In this document: positions 41,553-50,458 of the stretch, piece by piece | Position numbering within the stretch: position 1 is the stretch's first letter | Layout: every line of letters begins with the position of its first letter | Source: Clostridia bacterium | GTDB taxonomy: Bacteria > Bacillota > Clostridia > UMGS1810 | Assembly (NCBI GenBank): GCA_017416845.1 | Contig: JAFQBA010000100.1 | Span: 8,968-72,967 of the forward strand | Direction of reading: 5' to 3' | DNA: 64,000 nt | Notes under the pieces: model-generated | The model's input: the letters and a program-made list of their open reading frames with translations, nothing else | What the model was told of the DNA's origin: nothing | Databases searched by the model: none | Made by a program: the position numbers and the translations under genes

Positions 41553-44500
41553 TTATTCAAAATCAATAGGTTTACAAACAGGAATAACAGATGTCATACC
41601 ATCCCAAAGCATTACTTTGATTTTTTGACCGGCACTGACATTGCCAACTTCAATTTTGTTGCCGATTGCAACCGCACCGCCCTCTGTAAAGGCTACGGGT
41701 GCCGTTTTAAGACATACAAGTTCGTTGCCCTCATACACTGCAACAATTATATCTGCAAAAGATTCGCTTCCGTTGCATGTAGTAACAGTGCTGACAACAA
41801 GATCACCATCTACAACAGATTCAGTAAAGCTACCATTGATTACAAGTTTCGCCTCTGCAAGCTTATATTCAAAAGCTGACACACTTCTCTCCGAAACCTT
41901 GAAATTATCCACATATATTGTACCAACTGTACGCTTGTTTGAAATTGCAAGTCTTACAATTTTACCTGCCGATGCCTTTTTATAAGAATCCTTTTGTTCT
42001 CTTAAAACATGAACATTGTCAATATACACATCTACAATACCGTTTACTGTATCTGCAACAAATCTTAAATTATACCATTTGTTTGTAACATATTTGCCGA
42101 TTTTAATCGAGCCATATGCAAAATTACCATTTTCATCGGTATATATTGAATTATATACCCAACCATTGTGTACAAGTGCAAATGCCTGTTTTTCGCCATA
42201 GGTATCAGTTGCAAAATCTATTGACACATCAACAATATCCGCACCGCTGTTAATTCCAAAATTGTTAAGCTGACATTCCGGAGTAACAGAATTTACCATA
42301 ATACCTTTACCGTTGTTTCCGTTATCTACTGTCGTGATTGCACCAACTGTAATTGAATTTCCGTTATCGGCAGCACCGATGTGACCATTCAATGTTGAAC
42401 CATTAGAAGCTTTTAAAACACTACCATCTTTTGCAAATCCGACATTCGGGAGACTGTTATTATTTGCGGTAACACCTTCGAAATCTTCATCCCAAATCTG
42501 AGCAGTTGTTCCAAGGTTTTTGCCATATGCTGTGAATGGGTCTGACTCTACAATCACAACGCCCTCTGCATCGAGCGCCTGAACCTTGTATTGCATTGGC
42601 CAAGGTTTGAGTTCAATTTCAAATCTTGCATCGGTTGATGATTTAACCTCACCAATTGTCGCATTTTCATATATCTGAACAAGTTTTAATGATGCAACAT
42701 TGTCTATATATGCAGTCTTTGCATTCACAGAAATTTTTGTGCCCGCCACAAGAGCATGGTCATAGTCATTGTAGTCCACTGTTACCGCCGGAGTAGGACG
42801 AGTGTATTGTACATTGAACACTTTAAAGTTATCAATATAAGTTGCGCCTTTTACTTTTTCATCAGTAACTGAAAGTCTTCCGACACTACCTATCGTTGAT
42901 AATTTGTAAGAACTGCTCTGTTCGCTCATAACATGCAAATTATCAATATATGTGTTAAGAACTCCGTTTGTTGTATCAACAACAAATCTCAGATTATACC
43001 ATTTGTTTGTAACATATTTGCCAACAGGGGTACCCTTATATGTAAACTCACCGGATGCATTGGTATATATGGGAGGAAATCTCCAGCCTCCATTACCATC
43101 TACAATTGCGAACGCTTGTTTTAAGCCATAGCTATCGGTAGCAAAATCAACGGACACATCAACAATAGCACCATTACTGTTGATACCAAAATTGTTGAGC
43201 TGACATTTGGCACTATCATCATTGTTTTTAAGAATGATACAATCTCCATTTATGCCGCTTTCCACATCTGTTGCAGTGCCTATTGTAATGGAGTTGCCGG
43301 CAGCACCTGTATGACCTGCCACACCTGCACCTGTTGAACTTTTAAGCGCTGAACCGTTACGTGAGAAAGAAACACTTACCCCGCTTGTTGTCGCGGTTGC
43401 ACCTTCAAAGTTTTCATTCCATATTGTAGACAATACTGTTTCATCATACCCGATTAATTCAATTGCATCGGACTGTGCAATCACTTCACCATCGGAATCT
43501 TTAACAACTGCTTTGTAGGAGAAAACACCTTGGGGAAGTGCACATTCAAAACACATTCCTTCGGCATAGTCTGCTGATGCAACCTGATTGCCGGTCTTTA
43601 CATCTACAAGATTTACAACAGAACCCGCAGGAATGAAATTCGCAGATACGGTTATTTTGGCTTTTGCTCCTTCAGGAATGCAAGAGTTTGCCGCATAGGA
43701 TTCTATGGAAATTGCCGGAATCGGATCTATAACGTTTGCATTGTATGCTGAAACATTATCAATGTAGAATCCACAGGGAGTAACATCGGGTTCGGTTGTT
43801 GTTGAAGTAGATACAGAAAGCTTATGTGACTTCTCTGCATCAAAGCTCAACTTTGCAAAATGCACAAGTTTATTGTCAATATATGTATAGCAATAGTCTG
43901 ATGCCAGATCTACATATTGCGATAAATGATACCATACATTTGGTTCACATTTACCTACCACTTCACCTGACACGGTAAAATCACCATTGGTGGTTGTAGA
44001 GAGAACAGGAGTCCACTGATAGCTTGATGCTCCAATGGGATAAAATGCTCCCGAAAGTGCGCTATAATACATATTCAGATTTTGAGCACAAAAATCGAGT
44101 TCATAAACTACAGTGCCTGATGAGAATATTGCTCCCATTTCATTTGCCTGTACTTTAGCGGTAGCATCATTGGCAATAAAATGAAGACTTTTTCCCATTT
44201 CATTGTTTTGGGGATTTTCTTCAATCTTAATTTCATTTGTGGCATTCCCTGCGTGAAGATATGCCCCCATTGAAGCTCCATTTTTTGTAAGCGTGTAGCT
44301 TGGAGCACTTACGTTAAGTCCATAGCTGTCTTCAAAGTCTATGTTGTCATATTTTGTGCTGATTACTTCAACAGCCGCACCTCTGATTGTGATTGTTCCC
44401 GATGCAACAGCATCACCGTTGTCATTTTGAGCTTCAACAACATATTTGGTGATTCCATCAACAACAGTTACATTAATCGAAGTAGCGCCATTCGTTGCAT

Positions 44501-44729
44501 CAGCCGATGCAACTGTGGCATCACCGTTTTTGATTACCACTTTTGATGCATCAGATGGCACATTAGCCACATCTACAGCGACGATTTTACCTGTCGGCAC
44601 AGGAATTCCCGCTGCAATTGACGTTACAGTAAGCTCAGATGTTGTTGTAGCACCTGCAGTCACTGCAAAACCGCTAAGCATTGCAATTGTAAGAACAATC
44701 GCAATAAATTTGTTACAAATTTTTCTCAT
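41553..44729 (-). CDS. Secreted protein with Ig-like domains and three LamG/ConA-like modules
   Basis: 1058 aa with GGAGG RBS and a signal peptide. Two ~309-aa internal repeats (IWNENFEG... and IWDEDFEG..., both containing KYVTNKWYNLRFV.DT.NG....YIDN.HV) plus a more divergent first copy. Confidence 0.6.
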   Translation of the reverse strand: MRKICNKFIAIVLTIAMLSGFAVTAGATTTSELTVTSIAAGIPVPTGKIVAVDVANVPSDASKVVIKNGDATVASADATNGATSINVTVVDGITKYVVEAQNDNGDAVASGTITIRGAAVEVISTKYDNIDFEDSYGLNVSAPSYTLTKNGASMGAYLHAGNATNEIKIEENPQNNEMGKSLHFIANDATAKVQANEMGAIFSSGTVVYELDFCAQNLNMYYSALSGAFYPIGASSYQWTPVLSTTTNGDFTVSGEVVGKCEPNVWYHLSQYVDLASDYCYTYIDNKLVHFAKLSFDAEKSHKLSVSTSTTTEPDVTPCGFYIDNVSAYNANVIDPIPAISIESYAANSCIPEGAKAKITVSANFIPAGSVVNLVDVKTGNQVASADYAEGMCFECALPQGVFSYKAVVKDSDGEVIAQSDAIELIGYDETVLSTIWNENFEGATATTSGVSVSFSRNGSALKSSTGAGVAGHTGAAGNSITIGTATDVESGINGDCIILKNNDDSAKCQLNNFGINSNGAIVDVSVDFATDSYGLKQAFAIVDGNGGWRFPPIYTNASGEFTYKGTPVGKYVTNKWYNLRFVVDTTNGVLNTYIDNLHVMSEQSSSYKLSTIGSVGRLSVTDEKVKGATYIDNFKVFNVQYTRPTPAVTVDYNDYDHALVAGTKISVNAKTAYIDNVASLKLVQIYENATIGEVKSSTDARFEIELKPWPMQYKVQALDAEGVVIVESDPFTAYGKNLGTTAQIWDEDFEGVTANNNSLPNVGFAKDGSVLKASNGSTLNGHIGAADNGNSITVGAITTVDNGNNGKGIMVNSVTPECQLNNFGINSGADIVDVSIDFATDTYGEKQAFALVHNGWVYNSIYTDENGNFAYGSIKIGKYVTNKWYNLRFVADTVNGIVDVYIDNVHVLREQKDSYKKASAGKIVRLAISNKRTVGTIYVDNFKVSERSVSAFEYKLAEAKLVINGSFTESVVDGDLVVSTVTTCNGSESFADIIVAVYEGNELVCLKTAPVAFTEGGAVAIGNKIEVGNVSAGQKIKVMLWDGMTSVIPVCKPIDFE

Positions 44730-44758
44730 AACTTTTTACCTCCATTTTTTTATTTAAT

Positions 44759-46084
44759 TTATTTTGACAAATAAATTACATCCTTAAAGGGTTTAACACC
44801 CGTCCAGTCAGTGAGGAAAAACACCTCAGCGCTGACTGCTTCATCACTGTAAGCCGACGCAAAAATCATACCGCCATTTACAAGGGCAGTTTCTCCCGAA
44901 CAGCCTACAGCCACAACCTGATTTTTATCATTGATGAGTGACATAATCATTATAATATTTTTGTTTTCGTTATTTACATTGTTACACATACATTCCGCGG
45001 AATAATAACCATCATTTTCAGAAATATACACGCTATATACATCTGTATCCGCAGGAGAAGTCTCCATATCAGCGCAAATCGTTGCACCCTTATATATAAA
45101 ATTGAGAGTAAGTTTGACCCCGGTGGGAATTGTCAATTCTGAAAAAAATCTGACAGTGTTTTCTTGAGCTGTATTTTCGCAATTATTAAAAATGACAGCT
45201 GCTTCTCCGAAGAGTGCAGAAAAGTTTGACACTTTACCTTCCGAAATAAAATACTGTGCATCAATAGCTTCGGAAAAAGTGACATCAATATAATTTTCAC
45301 TTGCTGTTGCATCAACTATTGAAGGAAGCTTTTCAAGTTCATATGCCTTGATATTGTCATACCACACCTCACTTGGCGCTCCTCTTGTTGACATGGAGAG
45401 TTTGTGCATACCGTAGATTGTGTCGGTGGAGCTGATTGAAGCCTCACCAATCAGATTACCATCAATATAGCACATTTGCTTTCTTCCCGAAAGATCGTTG
45501 TATATGGTAAAGGTGTACCACGTATTTTCGGAAAGTGCTACCGATTTTCCGCCAAATGTTGCACTTTTACTTGTTGTTATGGTAAGCGGATTTGTCCATA
45601 TTCGATTTTCAGTGGTTGGACTATTTTTATAGTACAATGGAGTTATTGTAGTTGTGGCATCAAAATCGCTTGCACAAAAATCAAATTCATATGCAAATAT
45701 TTTCTCTGTACCCACAGTTGAAGTAAGCAGATTGTTCCACTGAACCTGGTCGGTTGAATTTGCGACTTCCATACGCACACTCACACCGTTATCTCTGTTT
45801 ACAGCATTAACATTTTCCTCAAGAGTTATTGTGCTGTTGACAGAACCGCTGTGCGCTCCGAGATAATCTGCACCATGACGATATTGTTTGCCGTTTGCAT
45901 CGGCAAAAATAAATGATGGTGATGAATTCAAGATTGTTGAATCGTTGAAATCAATATCCCAAATTGTGTTAACAGCAACATATTGTTTGCTATCAATCTC
46001 TGCAGTAATTGTGTCTGCAAAAACATTGGTTGGCAAAAACACAATAAGCATTACAGCAATAAGTGCCAAAATTCTTTTTGACAT
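44759..46084 (-). CDS. Secreted LamG/ConA-like domain protein
   Basis: ORF 44759..46120. The ATG at 46084 (MSKRILALIAV) lies 9 nt after AAAGGAG. NTIWDIDFND... and ENTWYTFTIYNDL... match the LamG pattern of the neighbouring genes. Confidence 0.55.
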   Translation of the reverse strand: MSKRILALIAVMLIVFLPTNVFADTITAEIDSKQYVAVNTIWDIDFNDSTILNSSPSFIFADANGKQYRHGADYLGAHSGSVNSTITLEENVNAVNRDNGVSVRMEVANSTDQVQWNNLLTSTVGTEKIFAYEFDFCASDFDATTTITPLYYKNSPTTENRIWTNPLTITTSKSATFGGKSVALSENTWYTFTIYNDLSGRKQMCYIDGNLIGEASISSTDTIYGMHKLSMSTRGAPSEVWYDNIKAYELEKLPSIVDATASENYIDVTFSEAIDAQYFISEGKVSNFSALFGEAAVIFNNCENTAQENTVRFFSELTIPTGVKLTLNFIYKGATICADMETSPADTDVYSVYISENDGYYSAECMCNNVNNENKNIIMIMSLINDKNQVVAVGCSGETALVNGGMIFASAYSDEAVSAEVFFLTDWTGVKPFKDVIYLSK

Positions 46085-46107
46085 TGTTATCATCTCCTTT
46101 AAAAATA

Positions 46108-49100
46108 TTAAAACGTCCATTGGCTGATGGGTTTATCATAATCGGAAATTAACGAACCGTTAACATTGCATGGAGTAAATTTCACAGTGATACTTACCGA
46201 ATCTGTTGCTTTAGCTTTTAGCATAATCCGTGTTGTCCCCACAGTTGATTTAATGCCTTCCGGCGAAGGTGATGTCGGCAAAGGAACAGCATCACCCTTT
46301 GTGAGCACGAACTCTGCATCACACGCAAATTCTACTTTTAATGTTTTTGATGAATTATTACTATCTATCAGTGTAACAATATTTTCGTTTATAAGCACAT
46401 TGTGCTCAGTTTGCAAAAAGAAATAAATATCAGAATGCTCAGATACCGTAACTTCATCCCTCACAACAAGACTTTGTCTGTTGTCTGTTAAGAAATAACC
46501 CCTTTTGGCACTTTGTGCCTTTCCGTTATGAACAGCGGTCATATCAAGAACCGCTATAACTCCCGTATCATTAGAAGTATATGATGTAAATTCTGCCATG
46601 GCGAGGGGGTCATATTCTCCATATTGGTCGGGATTGATAATCAGACAATTGTGAGCCTCGGCTCTGTTTGCAAAATACCTCCATCTTGCCCCTTCTCGGG
46701 TGCCCCCCTGCCAGAAATCGGGTAAGTTATAATCCTCGGTACCATTGTCACATAACCAACTGACACCATCAGAGAAAAAGGAGAATGTGCCCATATCCAT
46801 ATGCCCATGAGCATCGGCAGCAAAACCACCCTTTGCTCCGAAGAATGTTGGAGAATTATCCGTCCATGAATCACGTGCAGTGACAATTTCATTTTCGCTA
46901 TACAAAACATCCTTCGGAAGTGTTATTTCAGCTCCGAGACTTTGAGGGTTATAATACATAAGGCAACTTGCATATCCTCTTGCAGTTTCACCCACTCTGT
47001 AGAAATCGTGCCAGTGACTTGTGACATCGGGAGCATTGAAATACTCTGCAAACCAAAGTGCGCCCGAATGCCATTGCAGGGATGTTGAGGAACCATCATA
47101 AAATGCAAAAGCACCTGTCGGACACTGCATGTTTAATGCATAATGAGCCGCTTTGTCCATTCCCTCGGATGCATCTAAACCATAGGTTGTTCCCAAAACG
47201 GTATCCAGTGAAGAAAGCTGCAATGACAAATATTCCAATGTCATGAGGCCATAGCCTACACCCTCATGCCAGGAACCGTCCGGATAGAAATTGGGAACGG
47301 TATTCTCAGTTGCTCGAACAGAGTTTGAAATAAAATAAGCACCAAGCTCGGGATATACATCCATAAAGCTTAAAGCACACATTGTGATGCCCGAATTCAT
47401 AACCGAATTGTGATTATTTGCTGAAATCACACCTGATTTCATATCATCGGAATTGTCTGTGAAAGCTTTATAATATTCTTTGTAGCATAGGTTGTATACT
47501 GCAGCCTCATATTTTTTTCGTTGATTTTCGGAAAGTGAATCATAGAGCCAGTCATATCCTATTGCAAACCCAACGGCAAGACCACCTACATCTATATGAT
47601 GCTCCGGATGCCAGTTTGGAAAAGCAGCTACAGAATCCATTTCGGCAACACATTTATCAAAATAGGCTTTGTTTCCGGTGAGCTTGTAGGCAAAAGCAAG
47701 AGACATAACCCTGTCCATAAAGTCCATAGACACATACCACAGCCTCACCCCGTCACGAAGCTCATATATAAGCTCGTCTTTTTTGAGAAAACTGTCGGCA
47801 TACGCAATCACACGATTTCGTACAGATACAAACTTAGGTTCGGTTTCGTTTTTGACACGCTCAAAATCAGCATCGGTCATTATTACTCTGGGGTGAACTC
47901 CCTTGAGAGATGATGCGTTATAATCCGCCAAAACTTTTTCTTTGTTCGGTCGTTCAAAAAGCATATAATAATTAAGCTTTTGAATGTCTGCACTGCCGGG
48001 ATTAAATTCCCTGTCCGATATGATAACAGCACCGTCATTTATTCCGCCTTGCGTGGTGAATACCGACTTATCAGACACAAATCTCAAAACACTTTTAAAC
48101 GGAACATAAAAGGTGTCATCTTTGGTATAACACACCGCGTCAAGACTATAATCCTCGCCGCCTATATTACCGATATCTTTTCCGGTATACAAAACCATGT
48201 TACCGATCGTGGCACAAAATGCGGCTATATTTATATCTGTTGCAATTCCAAGCTTTTCGAAGAGAACTGCGGGAACCATTAGAATATCTCCACAATACTC
48301 ACCTTTAATCCCGGTATTTTCCTTTTTGCCGTCTTCGAGCCACATTCCCGAATCAGGATGATAGCCGATGTTTGACGAAAGAAGTGCCTTTTGGACTTCT
48401 TCACTTTCGAATATTGTTTTTTCATTGTCGATATCCAACATTTCTTCACCTCCGAGGGCATCCATTGTTACAGTTGCAGATATAGGTCTTGGAAACGCTT
48501 TTGAATCAAGCAAGAAAAGTTTCACCTTTGATGAATAGTCGGCATACCCGAGATACTGAGGAGATATAACCGTGTTTGTTGAAACAGCGGAGACCGCATT
48601 CTTCACAAGTTTCACTGCAACAAGTTCATTTCCTTTATAGTGAGCCAGAACACAATCCACATCGGAAAGTCTCTCGGAAAGCACCGCACCAACACAAAGT
48701 TCACCTTCACGTATTGCAGTGGCTTTTTGACCATCTATATATACATCGAGCGAAGCAAATGGGGTATTAATTCCTTCATATACATATATATCGTCCAAAT
48801 AGAGCTTTGAAGGATGAGTAACATCATAGCTACATGGTTTTATAGACACTCTCTGTGTGGACACAATGGGGTTCCCGAGTTTGCCCACAGCAATTTCAAC
48901 TCCGTCTATACGATATGAAAAATCTCCATCGGAAATACGAATTCGTGCATCTATATTGTACCATGTGTTTTTTTTGCACTCAAAAGCCGTGATATGGTCA
49001 ATTGTTGCTTTATCAGTACCTTTTGCAACAGATATAACCGAAGTATCTCCTATTGATTTATTCATAACAATACTCGGAGACCAATAAGTATTGTTGTCAT

Positions 49101-50271
49101 TTGAAACATATATTTGACGGAACAGATATTTTAATGAGTTGAAATCATCAACTTTTATTTTATATTTATACACCGCCACGTTTTCGGTGACAGTGGCGTA
49201 AAATCCGTTGGTCTGAACCTTATCGGTAGTTTTGTTTTGTTCGTCAAAATTGCCCGGTTCAAAGACCAACGAACCCTCTTCTACGCTTAAGGAACTTTTG
49301 GTGCCATCGCCCACATGACAGAAGAAAGAATCTCCCCGTGAACTTTTCAGGGCATTACCATTAGCATCACAAACAGTAACATATGGCAATGATGCTGTAT
49401 TAAGTGTTTCATCTTCAAAATCAATGTCCCATATAACATTTTTGCTTACTGTATATTCATCAAGACTATTAATCCCTTCATATACATATATATCATCCAA
49501 ATAGAGCTTTGAAGGATGAGTAACATCATAACTGCAAGGTTTTACAGACACTCTCTGCGTGGATACAATGTTTTTTCCAAGCTTGCCGGCAGCAATCTCA
49601 AACCCGTCTATACGATAGGAGAAAAATCCATCGGCAATTCGAATTCGCACATCAACATTGTACCATGTATTTGTTTGACACTCAAAGTCTGTGATATGGT
49701 CGATTGTTGCTTTATCTGTGCCGTTTGCAACAGATATAACCGAAGAGTCATCTGTTGATTTATTCATAACAATACTTGGGGACCAATAAGTATTGTTGTC
49801 ATTTGAAACATATATTTGACGAAACAGATATTTCATGGAGTTAAAATCATCAACTTTTATCTTATATTTATACACCGCCACATTCTCGGTGACAGTAGCA
49901 TAAAATTCGTTGGTCTGAACCTTATCGGTAGTTTTGTTTTGTTCGTCAAAATTGCCCGGTTCAAAAACCAATGAACCATCCTCTATGCTCAAGGAGCTTT
50001 TGGTACCGTCACCCACATGACAGGAGAAAGAATCACCTCGTGAGTTTTTCAGGGCATTGCCCTTGGCATCGCAAACAGTAACGCGGGGCAATGACGCTGT
50101 GTTTAGTGTTTCGTCTTCAAAATCAATGTCCCATATGACATTTTTGATTGCTGTATATTCATCAAGAGAGGCTGCATTTGCAGAGGAAAATAATGGAAAT
50201 GATGTTATTGACAATACCAAAGAAAGTAGTGTTGATATTATTTTGATAACAATATTATTAAATTGTCTCAT
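46108..50271 (-). CDS. Secreted heparinase II/III-like polysaccharide lyase with tandemly duplicated N-terminal module
   Basis: 1387 aa with a signal peptide. NWHPEHHIDVGGLAVGFAIGYDWLY, NNHNSVMNSG, PDGSWHEGVGY, HGHMDMGTFSF and RAEAHNC. Confidence 0.75.
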   Translation of the reverse strand: MRQFNNIVIKIISTLLSLVLSITSFPLFSSANAASLDEYTAIKNVIWDIDFEDETLNTASLPRVTVCDAKGNALKNSRGDSFSCHVGDGTKSSLSIEDGSLVFEPGNFDEQNKTTDKVQTNEFYATVTENVAVYKYKIKVDDFNSMKYLFRQIYVSNDNNTYWSPSIVMNKSTDDSSVISVANGTDKATIDHITDFECQTNTWYNVDVRIRIADGFFSYRIDGFEIAAGKLGKNIVSTQRVSVKPCSYDVTHPSKLYLDDIYVYEGINSLDEYTVSKNVIWDIDFEDETLNTASLPYVTVCDANGNALKSSRGDSFFCHVGDGTKSSLSVEEGSLVFEPGNFDEQNKTTDKVQTNGFYATVTENVAVYKYKIKVDDFNSLKYLFRQIYVSNDNNTYWSPSIVMNKSIGDTSVISVAKGTDKATIDHITAFECKKNTWYNIDARIRISDGDFSYRIDGVEIAVGKLGNPIVSTQRVSIKPCSYDVTHPSKLYLDDIYVYEGINTPFASLDVYIDGQKATAIREGELCVGAVLSERLSDVDCVLAHYKGNELVAVKLVKNAVSAVSTNTVISPQYLGYADYSSKVKLFLLDSKAFPRPISATVTMDALGGEEMLDIDNEKTIFESEEVQKALLSSNIGYHPDSGMWLEDGKKENTGIKGEYCGDILMVPAVLFEKLGIATDINIAAFCATIGNMVLYTGKDIGNIGGEDYSLDAVCYTKDDTFYVPFKSVLRFVSDKSVFTTQGGINDGAVIISDREFNPGSADIQKLNYYMLFERPNKEKVLADYNASSLKGVHPRVIMTDADFERVKNETEPKFVSVRNRVIAYADSFLKKDELIYELRDGVRLWYVSMDFMDRVMSLAFAYKLTGNKAYFDKCVAEMDSVAAFPNWHPEHHIDVGGLAVGFAIGYDWLYDSLSENQRKKYEAAVYNLCYKEYYKAFTDNSDDMKSGVISANNHNSVMNSGITMCALSFMDVYPELGAYFISNSVRATENTVPNFYPDGSWHEGVGYGLMTLEYLSLQLSSLDTVLGTTYGLDASEGMDKAAHYALNMQCPTGAFAFYDGSSTSLQWHSGALWFAEYFNAPDVTSHWHDFYRVGETARGYASCLMYYNPQSLGAEITLPKDVLYSENEIVTARDSWTDNSPTFFGAKGGFAADAHGHMDMGTFSFFSDGVSWLCDNGTEDYNLPDFWQGGTREGARWRYFANRAEAHNCLIINPDQYGEYDPLAMAEFTSYTSNDTGVIAVLDMTAVHNGKAQSAKRGYFLTDNRQSLVVRDEVTVSEHSDIYFFLQTEHNVLINENIVTLIDSNNSSKTLKVEFACDAEFVLTKGDAVPLPTSPSPEGIKSTVGTTRIMLKAKATDSVSITVKFTPCNVNGSLISDYDKPISQWTF
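48766..50169. repeat. Tandem 702-bp (234-codon) in-frame duplication inside the lyase gene
   Basis: ATTAAT(T/C)CCTTCATATACATATATATC at 48766 and 49468 sets the period at exactly 702 bp. The two encoded modules are roughly 90 percent identical by eye. Confidence 0.85.
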
Positions 50272-50338
50272 GTATTCAACTCACTTTCTGCATATATTTT
50301 TCATGACAAATCTCAATTTATCACACGAACCGACCGAT

Positions 50339-50419
50339 TGTCATTCTGAGCAAAGCATCAGCGGAGCCGAAGAATCTAAAAGCATATGTTTCGACTCGCT
50401 TTGCTCGCTCAACATGACA
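50339..50419. repeat. REP-like extragenic palindromic element
   Basis: TGTCATTCTGAGCAAAGC at 50339-56 pairs imperfectly with GCTTTGCTCGCTCAACATGACA at 50398-419. The sequence type (GTCATTCTGAGC.AAGC...GAAGAATC) resembles a repeat common in gut anaerobe genomes. It lies between two lyase genes. Confidence 0.5.
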
Positions 50420-50458
50420 TATTAGTTAGTTTGATGTCAACTTGACAAATCCTTCCGA

